From positions 1,488,001-1,552,000 of the forward strand of contig NW_027140807.1 of assembly GCF_036365525.1 (NCBI RefSeq): 64,000 bases of DNA. The letters are read 5' to 3'. Numbering within the stretch: position 1 is the stretch's first letter; every line of letters starts with the position of its first letter. Source of the DNA: Heterodontus francisci. Taxonomy: Eukaryota. Of the stretch, positions 1-12,692 are shown piece after piece. The notes below the pieces were generated by a model. That model was not told where the DNA came from. It ran no database searches and worked only from the letters and a program-made list of their open reading frames with translations. A program made the position numbers and the translations under genes.

Positions 1-389
1 ATGACCTTCCCTACAAGTGCAGACATCTTCTATTCCTCTACCCTATCATATTCCTTCATAATCTTGAGCACCTCTATCAGGTCACCCCTCAGCATTGTCC
101 TCAGCACTTCAGGTGTCGTCTAAACAAAGTATATAGAGCTGAGAATTGTGCACAGTGCTCCAGGTGTGGTCAAACCGTGGTACGGGTTGAAGAGCTGTTC
201 GATGAACCATTATACAGGTGTGGGCAGAGACAGTGTGTGTTGTCTGTCTGGAGGTTGTGGGGAGTTAGAACATGGGCGTTCTGCCACTCGAACGGGCACT
301 GAACAGATGCAGATCCGCATCCGATCAGCCAGGGCTGCTCTTCACCGAATGCTGGGTTAAATGCACCCGTTTGAAGGGAGACGTGTGAG

Positions 390-428
390 GGTTTTTGTCA
401 AGGCGGCCAATGACTCTGAACCGCTGTG
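390..428 (-). other. 23-RSS of V1
   Basis: CACAGCG-23bp-ACAAAAACC. Confidence 0.95.
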
Positions 429-1162
429 TCCCATCACCAGCTGCACAGAAATACACCGCCTCGTCCGTGGCGTTCACACTCTCCATCGTCAGAGTGGATT
501 TCTTATTGTCCAGAGTCCTGCTAATAACAAACCCGCTCTTAAAACCCTCTTCATACTGAGGTTCATTGCTTAGAAAGTTAAACCCGATTAACAGGAATCC
601 TCTGCCGGGGGACTGACGATACCAGTACATGTAGTCGCGAATCTTTCCTTTCTGCAGACAGTTCATTTCCACTGATCCTGGTTGTTTGACAGCCAGTGAC
701 TGAGGCCATTGATGTATCACATCACCCCGGCAAACACCTAGAAAGAGAAATTAGAGGGAATGAACTAGTATCGATGGAGTTACAATTGCGACGATGGACG
801 TTGGTGTTGCACCAAATTAACGACGGAAATTCGGTCTGTGTCCTAATTTCCGACAAGCACCTGGATCTTTACAAATGTAAAATAGAATTGTGGAATCCAC
901 AAGTTTGCAAGTGGGTGCAAACATTAAAGAGTTAACATCATATTAATAACACTTGTCTTCCCAAACTAGGGGACAGATTAATGAGTTCACTGTCTTGTAT
1001 GAAATAATCGATTACTGATTTCACAAGTCACCACCGCTGAGTTTTATTAAGATCATTAATCATCCCTTTCAGTTGATCAAATGTAGAAGAGTGATTGGGA
1101 CAGAATTTTAACCTACTCAGCCCCAGAAGGGAAATAACAAAGACGATGAAACTGAAAGGCAT
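429..1162 (-). CDS. TRBV: TCR beta V segment V1 (family A), open frame
   Basis: Leader 1117-1162 MPFSFIVFVISLLGL, donor GTAGGT; V exon 429-737 DVIHQWP..C..WYRQ..DEAVYFCAAGDG; RSS abuts. Confidence 0.9.
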
Positions 1163-2194
1163 GTTTGCGGTGGATCTGAGAGACTTTCTGCTGGTTACTC
1201 TGGGTTTTAAGGGAGGGAGAGAGATGAGGTGTCGGCAGAGCGGATCGTCATAAGAGGAAGTTATCTCAAGGCAATGAGCCCTGCCCCTAACTTTAAGTTG
1301 TCCCCCATTCTTTCGTTTGCTTCCTTCCGCCCCTTTCCACTTTTTTCTTCTCTCCATTTTCCTCCTTCCACCCCACTTTCCACTCCTCTGCAAATATCTT
1401 CACTCTCTTCCCTTTGTGAGATTGCTTTCATGCCGAGGCGAGGGGAACTGTGTTGGAGAAGGTGGGTGAAAATACAAGGGGCGGTGCAACGAGAGCTGCT
1501 TTGGGTGTCTCCAGAGGTAGCGGTGCAGAACAGGGGATTATTAACATCCTTTTGCAAATTAAAATCAGTAGTGGAGGAAGAGAAGGTGGATAGTTCGATG
1601 GCAGCGGAGGCGGTTCATGTAACATCACTGTAAAGTGGAAATCTAACTGCATTTAGCATTGAAAGTGGAAAGATTGCAGAAGCAGAGGAATTGGCTCATT
1701 GATCAGCGGCGCCAAAGGCTGTGGTGGCGCGAAATACCGTGGAGCCATAGCGCCGACCAGTGGCAGCATTGTGCAACTGCAACAAGCTGTGTTTGTTACT
1801 TTCCCAGTGAAACCCATTGCTCTTTCGGAGAGCCAGTGCAGACACGATGGGCCGAATGTCCTCCTCCTGCGCTGTAACAATTCAGCGATTATGAATGTCG
1901 ATGACAACTGGCAATATTTTGATTTCAATTGTTAACCAGATGATCAATATTGTGTAATATTTCTGATGGATTCAAATGTTACAGGATGATATTCTAAGAT
2001 ACTAAGATGTATCTATCCATTGGTCTGTTTATATCTCTGTCTTTCAGGCTACCGAGCCATCTATTTATCTCTATAAGAGCTGGTTGGCAGCTGAAAGATA
2101 CAGATGTAGACTCGCAAAGGCAACCAGACAAAGTCAGACCCCGAGACGGCGAGGAGATGAACAGTAGAGGATAGCTGTAGCAATGAACCTGAGT

Positions 2195-2233
2195 GGTTAT
2201 TGTCATAGTGTGGAAGGGGTTTGAAGCATTGTG
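2195..2233 (-). other. 23-RSS of V2
   Basis: CACAATG-23bp-ACAATAACC. Confidence 0.9.
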
Positions 2234-3039
2234 CTCCTTCAGTGGCGGCGCAGTAATACATCGCCCTATCTCCGGGGCCTGCAGTCTGAATTTTCAGAGT
2301 GCTCCTTTGAATGTCAGCTCTCACCACCTCGAATCGCCTCTCGAACTCTTCCTGGAAAGTAGGCTTGCTCCCAGACACGTCCGTCACCAGAAGCTGGGGG
2401 CCTTGCCCGTGGTGCTGGCGGTACCAGAGCATGGTGATGTGCTCCGTGTCCTTCTGCTGACAGGTCAGTGTTGCGCTCTCCCCATGTCCCACAGTCAGTT
2501 CACTGGGTGTCTGGGACACTGAGGCACATCGACAACAATCTAGGGTAGTGGGAAGGGAGGAAGAAAGGAAAGGGTCCAAGATTCAGTTAACGCAGCCACA
2601 TCAGGAAAAGTCTGCAGTGCATCCCAGTGCATTTTCTGATCGAATATGAGCTCAGACAATCATCCAACATGTGAAGGAGGCCGTTCATCCCAGCAGGCCT
2701 GTGCTAGCTCTTTGAAAAAGCTATGCAATGAGTTCATTCCCCAACTTTTCTCATCTCAATTTAGTTTTAAATGTAATTTATTCCAGTTTTCTAAGAATAA
2801 GAGTGAGGTCCTGTCTGGCAGATCATGCACCGGTTATAGAAGCAAATATCAGTGCAAAGTAACTCAATGTCTGTTTCTATATGAAGGGGACAATGACAAC
2901 ATCAATGAACGATATTACATACGGATCATTAAGTGTATTTCTTAAAGAAACTCAGGTTAAATGAAACAATAGTAGCATTCTGAAGTTACTTACGCGGCAT
3001 CAGCAATGAAAAGGCCCAGAGCAGGAGTTTGAATTCCAT
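2234..3039 (-). CDS. TRBV: TCR beta V segment V2 (family B), open frame
   Basis: Leader 2994-3039 MEFKLLLWAFSLLMP, donor GTAAGT; V exon 2234-2539 SVSQTP..C..WYRQ..DRAMYYCAATEG. Confidence 0.88.
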
Positions 3040-3519
3040 CTTGGTGAGGTAACCAAGATGTGGTCTGGCAGCAGGAGAGGTGGGAAGAATGTGGCGCCTC
3101 TTGTTGAAGACATGGGGGAAAAGGTGCAACATAGACGACTGGAAATGGCGTCACGGATATTGCAAGCCTGAAAGTAAGGGAGAGGAAGTGAGTTATCATG
3201 GCAGGGGATTGCTTCAACTGTTGAGCTTCCAGTCCACGGTCATCTGAGATTGAAGTGTTGTTAACTCACTCAGATCCTCGTTCCACAAAAGAATTGTGGG
3301 GCAAGAGTGGAATTACTTCTATTTCATTCAATGGGTTGAGTAGGGTCCACGGTGTGATCAGGTATTAGTTGGTATAGGGGAGCCCAGAGCAGGAGTTGCT
3401 GAATAAAATAACGCCTACAAACGTGTGATCAGAGCCATCGATTTACAATAAACCACAGTTATTCTGGGAGTCGATTGCAGATCTGTCAGCGAATTCTAAA
3501 ATATTCTATTAGCAATAGC

Positions 3520-4310
3520 ATATGTGAACAGGAATGCGAGGAGGGCAGAGTCAGAACAGCAGAGGAGGAGCATGTTCGGCCCTTCGAGTCCGTGTGAGCT
3601 CTCTATACAGCAATCCAATTAGTCCCATTCCCCAAGCAAGTTTATTTCTCTCCAAGTTCACATCCAATTACATTTTGAAATCATTCATTCTCTCTCCTTC
3701 CAGCATCCAGGTAGGCAGTGAGTTCCACATCATTACACCACGCTGCGTAAACAAGATATTCCTCACATCGCCCCTGTATCTCTTCCCAAAACCTTACATC
3801 TGTGTCCCCCAGTCCTTGTATCCAACAGCTCATGGGAACAGATTTTCTTTGTCTATTTTCTGCAACCTCTCTTCATTTTGTACACTTCTGTCAAATCTCC
3901 CCTCAATTTCCTATGCTCCAAGGAGAACAACCCCAGCTTCACCAAACTAACCATGCAGCTAAAATCTCTCATCCCTGGAACCATCCCGGTAGATCGACTC
4001 TGCACCCTCTCAAGGACCTTACATCCTTCCCAAAGTGTGGTGACCAGAACCGGGCTCGATGCTCAAGTTGGGGCCTAACCAAAACCTCATATATGTTGAG
4101 CATAACTGCCCTGCTTTTGTACTTTATACCTCTATTCATGAATCCCAAGATCCCATAAGCTTCGTGAACCTCTATCTCAATATGTCCTGCCACCTTCAAA
4201 GATCTATGCACATTAACCCCCAGGTCCCTCTGCCCTTGAACACTCTTTAGGCCTGTGTCATTAAGTCTGTATTTCCTCTCTGTCTCCCTTCTGCGAAAAT
4301 GTATCACCTG
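3520..4310 (-). mobile_element. Degraded CR1 LINE 3' fragment
   Basis: ORF 3969-4307 RDLGVNVHRSLKV..AYGILGFMNRGIKYKS..LVRPQLE, typical of the CR1 ORF2 C-terminus; paralogs at ~44590-45100 and ~50500-51280. Confidence 0.8.
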
Positions 4311-4954
4311 ATAGCAATGTACTTCACTGTTAACTGCCTCTGAAATGGGCTAGCAAGTCATTCAGTTCAGGGCAATTCGGCATAGGTAATGAATACTGAC
4401 CTTGTCAGTGATGTGCACATCCCTTAATATGTGTTTTTATATAAAATTCCTCCTTCTCCATTTTTCTTTCACTGTTTTCTGAATTTGCTTCTCTTTACTT
4501 CCTTCCGATCATCTGTTTTAGTATATCACAAGTGTTTGCTCAAACCATTTACTATGAACGAGCAGACTTGGGGAAATCCAATTGTCTATTTTGTGTGGAA
4601 TGGTTATGATTTTAATCTGTTTCAGTGTTAGTGGAATTGACTATTGGGTAGATTGGTCAAGTCACTGCTGCATTCCTCGCTCAGTCTTTACAGAAGCAAG
4701 TGGGACTCAGGCTGCGGTGGAGCTCCATCTCCACCTCGTGGCTGTCATGTGTAACTACAGGCACCTGTGGTTTGCACAGTGCAATTGATAAAATAGGCAT
4801 TATGAAGACATGCTTTGAAATTGCTCCGTCTTCCCATTTTTTATCCATTGCTTCGGCTGGTGACGCTAGTGACATCGAATTAGATAGAAGATGCAGCACA
4901 GATTCAGGCTATTCGGCCCGATGGGACCATGTTCCAGACTAGCCTGGGGCAGAT

Positions 4955-5215
4955 GGCGGTGTACTTGTCATGTCACTGAGCTGGTAATCCAGAGGATGGG
5001 GCTAATCTCCAGGCGACATGCGTTCGAATCCCACCAGGTCAGATGGTGGAATTTAAATTCAATTAATGAATAAATTTAATTATTTCATCAGAAAATCTGC
5101 AGTTGAAAGCTAGTCTCAGTTAAGGGGCCCTGTCACCCAGCTGGCTCACTCATGTCTTTTAGTGAAGGAAATCCACCGTCCTTACCTGGTCTGACCTACA
5201 TGTGACTTGAGACCC
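4955..5215 (+). mobile_element. tRNA-derived shark-type SINE
   Basis: Head with B-box-like GCGTTCGAATCCC, body GGAAATCCACCGTCCTTACCTGGTCTG; similar copies at ~23640-24010(-), ~39130-39440(+), ~42085-42450(-), ~45745-46010, ~51915-52180. Confidence 0.65.
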
Positions 5216-5219
5216 ACAG

Positions 5220-6500
5220 AACACAAGAAATAGGAGCAGGTGTAGATCATATATCCCATCGAGCCTGCTCCATCATTCAATACAATCATGGCTGATCTTG
5301 GGCTTCAATTCCACTTTCCTGCCTGCTCCCCATATCCCTTGATTTCCTGAGGGATCAAAACTCCCATCCTTAAATGTATTCAATGAAGGACCATCCACAA
5401 CACTCTGGGATAGAGAATTCCAATGTTTCACAACCCTTTGAGTGAAGTCATTTCTCCTCATCTCAGTCCGGAATGATTGATCCCTTATCCTGAGATTTCT
5501 CGCTGCCTTATTTCATGAAAAGCCGTGTAACATTTGTCAGCTTTCAATCCGATGGGACCATTCCTGAATCTAAGGAATTCTGGAAAATCATAGCCAGCGC
5601 CTCCACTCTCTCTGCAGCTATCTCTTTTAGAACTCTAGGATGTAATCCATCTGGTCCAGGGGACTTGTCAGATTTTAATCCCTCGAGTTTCTCCAAGAAA
5701 TTTTCTCAATTGATATGAATATCCTTAATTTCCTCACTCTTTTTAGGCCCCAGATTACTGCCTATTTCTGGTCTGGAACTTGTGTCTTCTACTGTGGAGA
5801 CAGGTACAAAATGTTAGTTCAATTCCACTGCCATTTCCCCATTCCCCTTGGTGATTTCTCCTGTCTTTACCTCTAAGGGACCAACGTCAACTTTAGCTAC
5901 TCTCTTGCTTTCTATGTAAAAGCTCCTACCATCTGTGTTTATATTGCTGGTTAGCTTATTCTCACATTTTATTCCCACATCTGATGAAAGAACATAAACA
6001 ATGTCTTCATCCATCCCTATCAGTATGACGTGCTATTTCCTGCTCCCTAATGTTTTTATCCAGCATCCATTTACATATATCTGGTTATACACATCATTTT
6101 TTTCTGTGTGCCACCGAATTCCACATTCTCACCACTCTGTATAAATTCATTTCTGGGAGTTATTAGTGAGTATGATGTATTCCTGGCCTTCCCTACAAGT
6201 GCAGACATCTTCTCACCTCTACCCTATCATATTCCTTCATAATCTTGAACACCTCTATCAGGTCACCCCTCAGCCTTCTCTTGACTGGGGAAAAGAATCC
6301 CAGACTTTTCTATCTTTCCTGATAGTTATAACCTTTGTGCTCTGGTATCATTCTTGTAAATCATTTTGCACTTCTGCTCGTACCTCTCAGTGTAATATGG
6401 AGACCAGCACTCCGCACAGCACTGCAGATTTGGACCAACCAAGGTCGATGAAGACCAGAACTGTACACAGGGTTCCAGAAGCGCTCTAAGTAAGGTATTT
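5220..6500 (-). mobile_element. Nested CR1 LINE fragments
   Basis: MRRNDFTQRVVKHWNSL (CR1 3' end), SPGPDG-like RT-flank sequence; paralogs at ~46010-47070 and ~52180-53460. Confidence 0.7.
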
Positions 6501-6814
6501 GTAAGTCTGAACTGTCCTCAGCACTTCAGGCGCCATCTACACAAGGCATATCGGGCTGAGAATTGTGCCCAGTGTGCATAATTGTCCAGGTGTGGTCTAT
6601 CTGAGGTTCGGGTTGAATTGCATTTCAAAGGGCCATTATTCAGGTGTGGGCACAGACAGTGTGTGTTGCCTGTCTGGAGGTTGTGGGGAGTTAGAACATG
6701 GGCGTTCTGCGACTCGAACGGGCACTGAACAGATGCAGATCCGCATCCCTCACCCAGAGCTCCTCTACACCGAATGCTGGGTTAAATGCACCCGTTTGAA
6801 GGGAGACATGTGAG

Positions 6815-6853
6815 GGTTTTTGTCAAGGCGGCCAATGACTCTGAACCGCTGTG
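6815..6853 (-). other. 23-RSS of V3
   Basis: CACAGCG-23bp-ACAAAAACC. Confidence 0.95.
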
Positions 6854-7559
6854 TCCCATCACCAGCTGCACAGAAATACACCGCCTCGTCCGTGGCGTTC
6901 ACACTCTCGATCGTCAGAGTGGATTTCTTATTGTCCAGAGTCCTGGTAATAACAAACCCGCTCTTAAAACCATCTTCATACTGAGGTTCATTGCTTAGAA
7001 AGTTAAACCCGATTAACAGGAATCCTCTGCCGGGGGACTGACGATACCAGTCCATGGAGTTGCGAATCTTTGCTATCTGCAGACAGTTCATTTCCACGGG
7101 TCCTGGTTGTTTAACAGCCAGTGACTGAGGCCATTGATGTATCACATCACCCCGGCAAACACCTAGAAAGAGAAATTAGAGGGAATGAACTAGTATCGAT
7201 GGAGTTACAATTGAGACGATGGACGTCGGTGTTGCACCAAATTAATGACGGAAATTCGGTCTGTGTCCTAATTTCCTACAAGAACCTGGATCTTTACAAC
7301 TGTAAAATAGAACTGTGGAATCCACAAGCTTGCAAGTGGGTGCAAACATTAAAGAGTTAACATCATCTTCCCAAACTAGGGGACTAGGGGATAGAGTTCA
7401 CTATCTTATATTAAATGATTGATTGCTGAATTTCACAGTTTTATTGAGATCATTAACCATCCCTTTCGGTTAAACAAATGTAGAAGAGTGATTGGAACAG
7501 AATTTTAACCTACTCAGCGCCAGAAGGGAAATAGCAAAGACGATGAAACTGAAAGGCAT
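6854..7559 (-). CDS. TRBV: TCR beta V segment V3 (family A), open frame
   Basis: Leader 7514-7559 MPFSFIVFAISLLAL; V exon 6854-7162 ending YFCAAGDG. Confidence 0.9.
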
Positions 7560-8310
7560 GTTTGCGGTGGATCTGAGAGACTTTCTGCTGGTTACTCTGG
7601 GTTTTAAGGGAGGGAGAGAGATGAGGTGTAGGCAGAGCGGACCGTCATAGGAGGAAGTTATCTCAAGGCAATGATCCCCGCCCCTACCTTTAAGTTGTCC
7701 CCCATTCTTTTGTTTGCTTCCTTCCGCCCCTTTCCACTTGTTTCTTCTCTCCATTTCCCTCCTTCCACCCCACTTTCTACTCTGCTGCCAATATCTTCAT
7801 TCCCGTCCCTTTGTGAGCTTGCTTTCATGCTGCGGCGAGGGAAATTCTGAAGGTAGCGAGGTGTTGGAGAGGGTAGGTGAAAAAAACAAGGGGCGGTGCA
7901 ACGATAACTGCTTTGAGTGACTCCAGAGCTTATGGTGCACAACAGGGGATTATTAACATCCTTTTGCAAATGAAAATCAGTAGTGGAGGAAGAGAAGGTG
8001 GATAGTTCGATGGCAGCGGCTCATATAACATCACTGTAAAGTGGCAATCTAACTGCATTTAGCCTTTAAAGTGAAAAGATTGCAGAGGCAGAGGAATTGA
8101 CTCATTGATCAGCGGCGCCAAAGCCTGTGGTGGCGCGAAATATAGTGGAGCCACTGCGCCGACCAGTGGCAGCATGGTGCAACTGCAACAAGCTGTGTTT
8201 GTTACTTTCCCAGTGAAACCCATGCTGTGGGCTTCTTCAAGTCACTTCCCGAAATTCATCCTCCTTCTCAGTGTTTCATCCTCTCCTGCAGAGGATTATT
8301 ACCCGCAGAA

Positions 8311-8697
8311 TTAACGATACAAATTCAGTCTTTGTCCTAATTTCCTGCCAGTATCTGTACAGATGTAAAGCAGAATAGTGAAATCTACATGAGTAAAAGT
8401 GGGTGTAGATGTTATATGGTTAACAGTATATTCTTAACAATTTTGTTGCCAAAAAAGGGGGAACAGATTAATGAGTTCACTGTCTTATATTCAATAATTG
8501 ATTGCTGATTTCACAAGTCACCGCCGCACAGTCTTGTTGAGATCATTAATCAGTTGATCAAATGTAAAACAGTGATTGTGACAGAATTTAAACATACTCA
8601 GCGACAGAAGGAAAATAGCAAACGTCGATGAAATTGAATGGCATGTTTGCGGCGGATCTAAGACACTTTCTGCTGGTTGCTCTGGGTTTAAGGGAGC
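8311..8697 (-). pseudogene. Orphan family-A leader + intron relic, no V exon
   Basis: Aligns by eye to 817-1215; leader 8598-8644 is 47 nt (frameshifted versus 46); the promoter side is replaced by CR1. Confidence 0.75.
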
Positions 8698-8699
8698 GA

Positions 8700-10310
8700 A
8701 GCTGAGGGAGGAAACATTAATGGGATTAGCATCCTTGAAAGTTGATAAATCACCAGGGCAGGATGAAATGAATCCTAGGCTGCAAATAGAAGCAAGAGAA
8801 GAAATAGCAGAGGGTCTGACCATCTTTTTGCAGTCCTCACAGGTGTGGCGCCGGAGGATTGGAGAATTGTTAACGTTGTGCCTCCGTTTAAAAAGGGAGG
8901 GAAGGATAGACTGACTAATTACAGGCCAGTCAGTCTGACCTCCGTAATGAGCAAAGTATTGCAATCTATTCTGGGAGACAGGATAAACTGTCACTTAGAA
9001 AGGCACAGATTAATCCAGGATAGTCAGCATAGATTTGTTAAGGGACGTTCTTGTTTGATCAATTTGATCGAATTTTTTGAAGAAGTAACAAGGAAGATAG
9101 ATGAGGGTAGTGCAGTTGACGTGGTCTACCTGGATTTTAGCAAGGCTTTTGAAAAGGCTGCACATGGCAGACTGGTTCAAAAAAAAACAAAATCCCATGG
9201 GATCCAGGGAAATGCAGCAAGGTGGATACAAAATTGGCTCAGTGCCAGGAAACAAAGGGTAATTGTTGATGGGTGTTTTAGCGACTGGAGGGCTGTTTGC
9301 AGTGGCGTTGCACAGGGCTCAGTACTGGGTTCCCTGCTTTTTGTGGTATTTATTAACGATTTGGATGTAAATGTAGGGGGGCATAATCCAAATGTATGTA
9401 GACAACACAAGGATTAGCCGTGTGGTAGATCGCGAGGTGGCTAGCTGTCGGCTGCAGGAAGATATTGATGGTCTTGTCAGATGGGCAGAACAGTGGCAAA
9501 GGGAATCCAACTTGGAGAGGTGTGAGGTGATGCATTTGGGGAGGTCAAACAAGGCAAAGGAATACACGATTAATGGGAAAATACTGAGAAGTGCAGAGGA
9601 AGTGAGGGACCTTGCAGTGAATGTCTACAGATCCCTGAAGGTAACAGGACAGGTCGATAAGGTGGTTAAGAAGGCATATGGAATCCTTTCCTTCATTAGC
9701 TGAGGTATAGAATACAAGAGCGGGGAGGTTATGCTGGAACTGCATAACTCATTGGTTAGGCCACAACTTGAGTATGTGTGAAGTTCTGGTCACCTCATTA
9801 CAGAAAGAATGTAATTGCACTAGAGAGGTTACAAAGGAGATTAACAAGCATGTTTCCCGAACTGAAAATGCAGCTATGAGGAAAGATTGGATAGGCCGAG
9901 GTTGTTCTCCTTGGAACAGAGAAAGCTGCGGGGAGATCTGATTGAAATGTACAAAATATTGAAGGGGCCTGGATAGAGTGCATGTGAAGGGTCTATTCAC
10001 CTTGGCAGAGAGGTCAGTGATGAGGGACCATAGATTTAAAGTGATTGGTAGAAGAATTAGAGGGGAGATAAGGAAAATCATTTTTCACCCAGAGGGTGGT
10101 GATGGTCTGGAACTCACTGCCTGAAAGGGTAGTTGAGGCAGAGACCCTCAACTCATTCAAAAGGAGTCTGGATTTGCACCTCAAGTGCTGTAATCTGCAG
10201 GGCTAAGGACCAAATGCTGGAAGGTGTGATTAGAATAGGTGGATCGTTTTTCGGCCGGCACTGATGTGATGGGCCAAGTGGCCTCTTTCTGTGCCTTAAA
10301 CTTTCTATGA
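8700..10310 (+). mobile_element. 5'-truncated CR1 LINE (reverse transcriptase, frameshifted)
   Basis: ORFs 8845-9417 and 9392-9703: NYRPVSLTS, VDVVYLDFSKAF, QGSVLG; CR1 3' UTR ending TTCTATG. Confidence 0.92.
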
Positions 10311-10439
10311 GACTATTGGAGTGATAGAGTGTATGTGAAAGTGCCAAGGAATGAGAGAGAGACAGAGTCACAGAGGATGATATGGAGAAAAACAGTTAGA
10401 GAAAAAGAGAGGCAGTGATAGAGATAGATGGAGAGAGGG

Positions 10440-11358
10440 AGAAAAAGATATGCCTGTCTGTCTATCTATATAGCTATCTATCTATCTATCACTGTAGCTA
10501 TCTGTCTAACTTTCTCTATATCTATCTATCTGCATGGCTGTGTGTCTGTCTCTCGATCTGTGTCAGTTTGTCTCTCTATCTGTATGAATCCGTCTGTCTG
10601 TCTACCTACCTATCTTTTTGTCTGTCTGTCTTCATATTTACCTATTTGCATATCTGTCTGTCTATCTATCTATTTGACCATTTGCCTATCTATCTGTCTA
10701 CCTATCTGTCTGTCTATCAATCAATCTGTCTGTCAATCGATCTATCTGTCTGCCTATCTGTCTACCCATCTGTCTTTCTATTTATCTGTCTGTATATCTA
10801 TCTATCTAATGTCNNNNNNNNNNNNNNNNNNNNNNNNNNNNNNNNNNNNNNNNNNNNNNNNNNNNNNNNNNNNNNNNNNNNNNNNNNNNNNNNNNNNNNN
10901 NNNNNNNNNNNNNNNNNNNNNNNNNNNNNNNNNNNNNNNNNNNNNNNNNNNNNNNNNNNNNNNNNNNNNNNNNNNNNNNNNNNNNNNNNNNNNNNNNNNN
11001 NNNNNNNNNNNNNNNNNNNNNNNNNNNNNNNNNNNNNNNNNNNNNNNNNNNNNNNNNNNNNNNNNNNNNNNNNNNNNNNNNNNNNNNNNNNNNNNNNNNN
11101 NNNNNNNNNNNNNNNNNNNNNNNNNNNNNNNNNNNNNNNNNNNNNNNNNNNNNGTCGATCTATCTGCCTGTCTATCGATCAAATGTCTGTCTATCTATCT
11201 ATCTGTCTATCGATCTATCTATCTAATGGCAGTCTCTCTGCCTTCCTCGCTATCTATCTGTCTGTCTAACTATCTATCTGTCTGTCTGTCTATCTAATGT
11301 CTGTCTGTCTGACTTCCTAGCTACCTATCTGTCTGTCTATCGATCTATCTGTCGGTCG

Positions 11359-11419
<61 letters not shown>

Positions 11420-11450
11420 ATGTCTGTCTGTCTGCCTTCCTAGCTATCTA
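10440..11450. repeat. (TCTA)n/(TCTG)n compound microsatellite with N run 10814-11153
   Basis: Seen directly. Confidence 0.9.
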
Positions 11451-11769
11451 TATGCCTCTTTATGCTGCCTATTGCATGGTGCCGCACACCAATTGGCTTC
11501 CGTGTTTTAAGTACACTGCTCTCTGAAATGACCTAGCAAACTCTTCAGTTATCTACAAGGCATCACGCACCTTCTCCAGGGCAATGAGTGATGATGAATA
11601 ACTACTGACTTTCTCAGACCCAGGCACCCAGAATGAATAAAAATAAATTAAAGCAAGAGAAGAGATAGCAGAGGATCTGACCATCATTTTCCAGTTGTTA
11701 ATTGGCTGTTTTGGGGCATCTTGAAGTCGTGGAAGACCTTATATATATATATATATCTTTTCTTATTCG

Positions 11770-12290
11770 TTCATGGGACGTGAATTTCTTTTGCAAGGCC
11801 AGCAATTATTTCACAATACTGATTGCCCTTGAGAAGGTGGTGGTGAGCTGCCTTCTTGAACCGCTGCAGTGCATGTCGGATAGGTACACCCACAGTGCTG
11901 TTAGGAAGGGAGTTCCAGGATTTTGACCCAGTGACAGTGAAGAAACGGCGATATAGTTCCAAGTCAGGATGGTGTAGGACTTGGAGGGGAACATGCAGGT
12001 GGTGGTGTTCCCATGAGTCTACTGCCCTTGCCCTTCCATGTGATGGAGTTGGTGGGTTTGGAAGGTGCTGTCTTAGGACACTCGATGCTTTGCTGCAGTG
12101 TATAATGTCGATGGTACACACTGCTTCCACTGTGGTGTAGGAAGTGAGTGTTGAAGGTGGTAGATGGGTTGCTGAACGACCGGGCTGCTATGTCCTGGAT
12201 GGTGTTGAGCTTCCTGAGTGTTGTTGGAGCTGCACCCATCCAGGCAAGTGGAGAGTATTCCATCACACTCCTACCTTGTGCCTTGTAGAT
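11770..12290 (-). mobile_element. LINE 3' fragment (L2/CR1 group)
   Basis: YKAQ.RSVMEYSPLAWMGAAPTTLRKL..IQD; same family on + at ~21225-21775 and in the duplicate at ~58710-59235. Confidence 0.75.
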
Positions 12291-12653
12291 GATTGATACT
12301 CTATACATCACTTCACAATGGTGATGCTAACTATCTGTCTTATTTAGATCATTAATTAAACTTCAAATTAATCAAGTACAGGACAGAGACTGTGACTCAG
12401 TTTTAACATACTCAGTGCCAGAAATTAAACAGTGTAGACGAGGACTTTGAAATTTTGCAGAGGATCTGAGACACATCTCTCTCTTTCCTTCTCTCTCTTC
12501 CTCGTACCTTCTGCTATTCCCTGTCATTCAGCCCTTGATGAACGTTCCGGAATCCGGGAATCACCAGCTTGGAAAACGGCCGGTGAGGCAGGGAGAGACA
12601 TTAACCATTGTCACTGCTCCTGTATGTCAGTCAGTTGTGTTGTTCACCCTGTT

Positions 12654-12692
12654 GGTTTTTGTACTGGCATTAAGGCAGTCTGCAGCGCTGTG
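12654..12692 (-). other. 23-RSS of V4
   Basis: CACAGCG-23bp-ACAAAAACC. Confidence 0.95.

Noticed and set aside
10814-11153. N runs as hidden genes or true scaffold gaps
   Set aside because: They sit in or beside simple repeats and recur at matching positions in both duplicates with different lengths (340/300, 133/137); most likely masked microsatellite. The content cannot be assessed.
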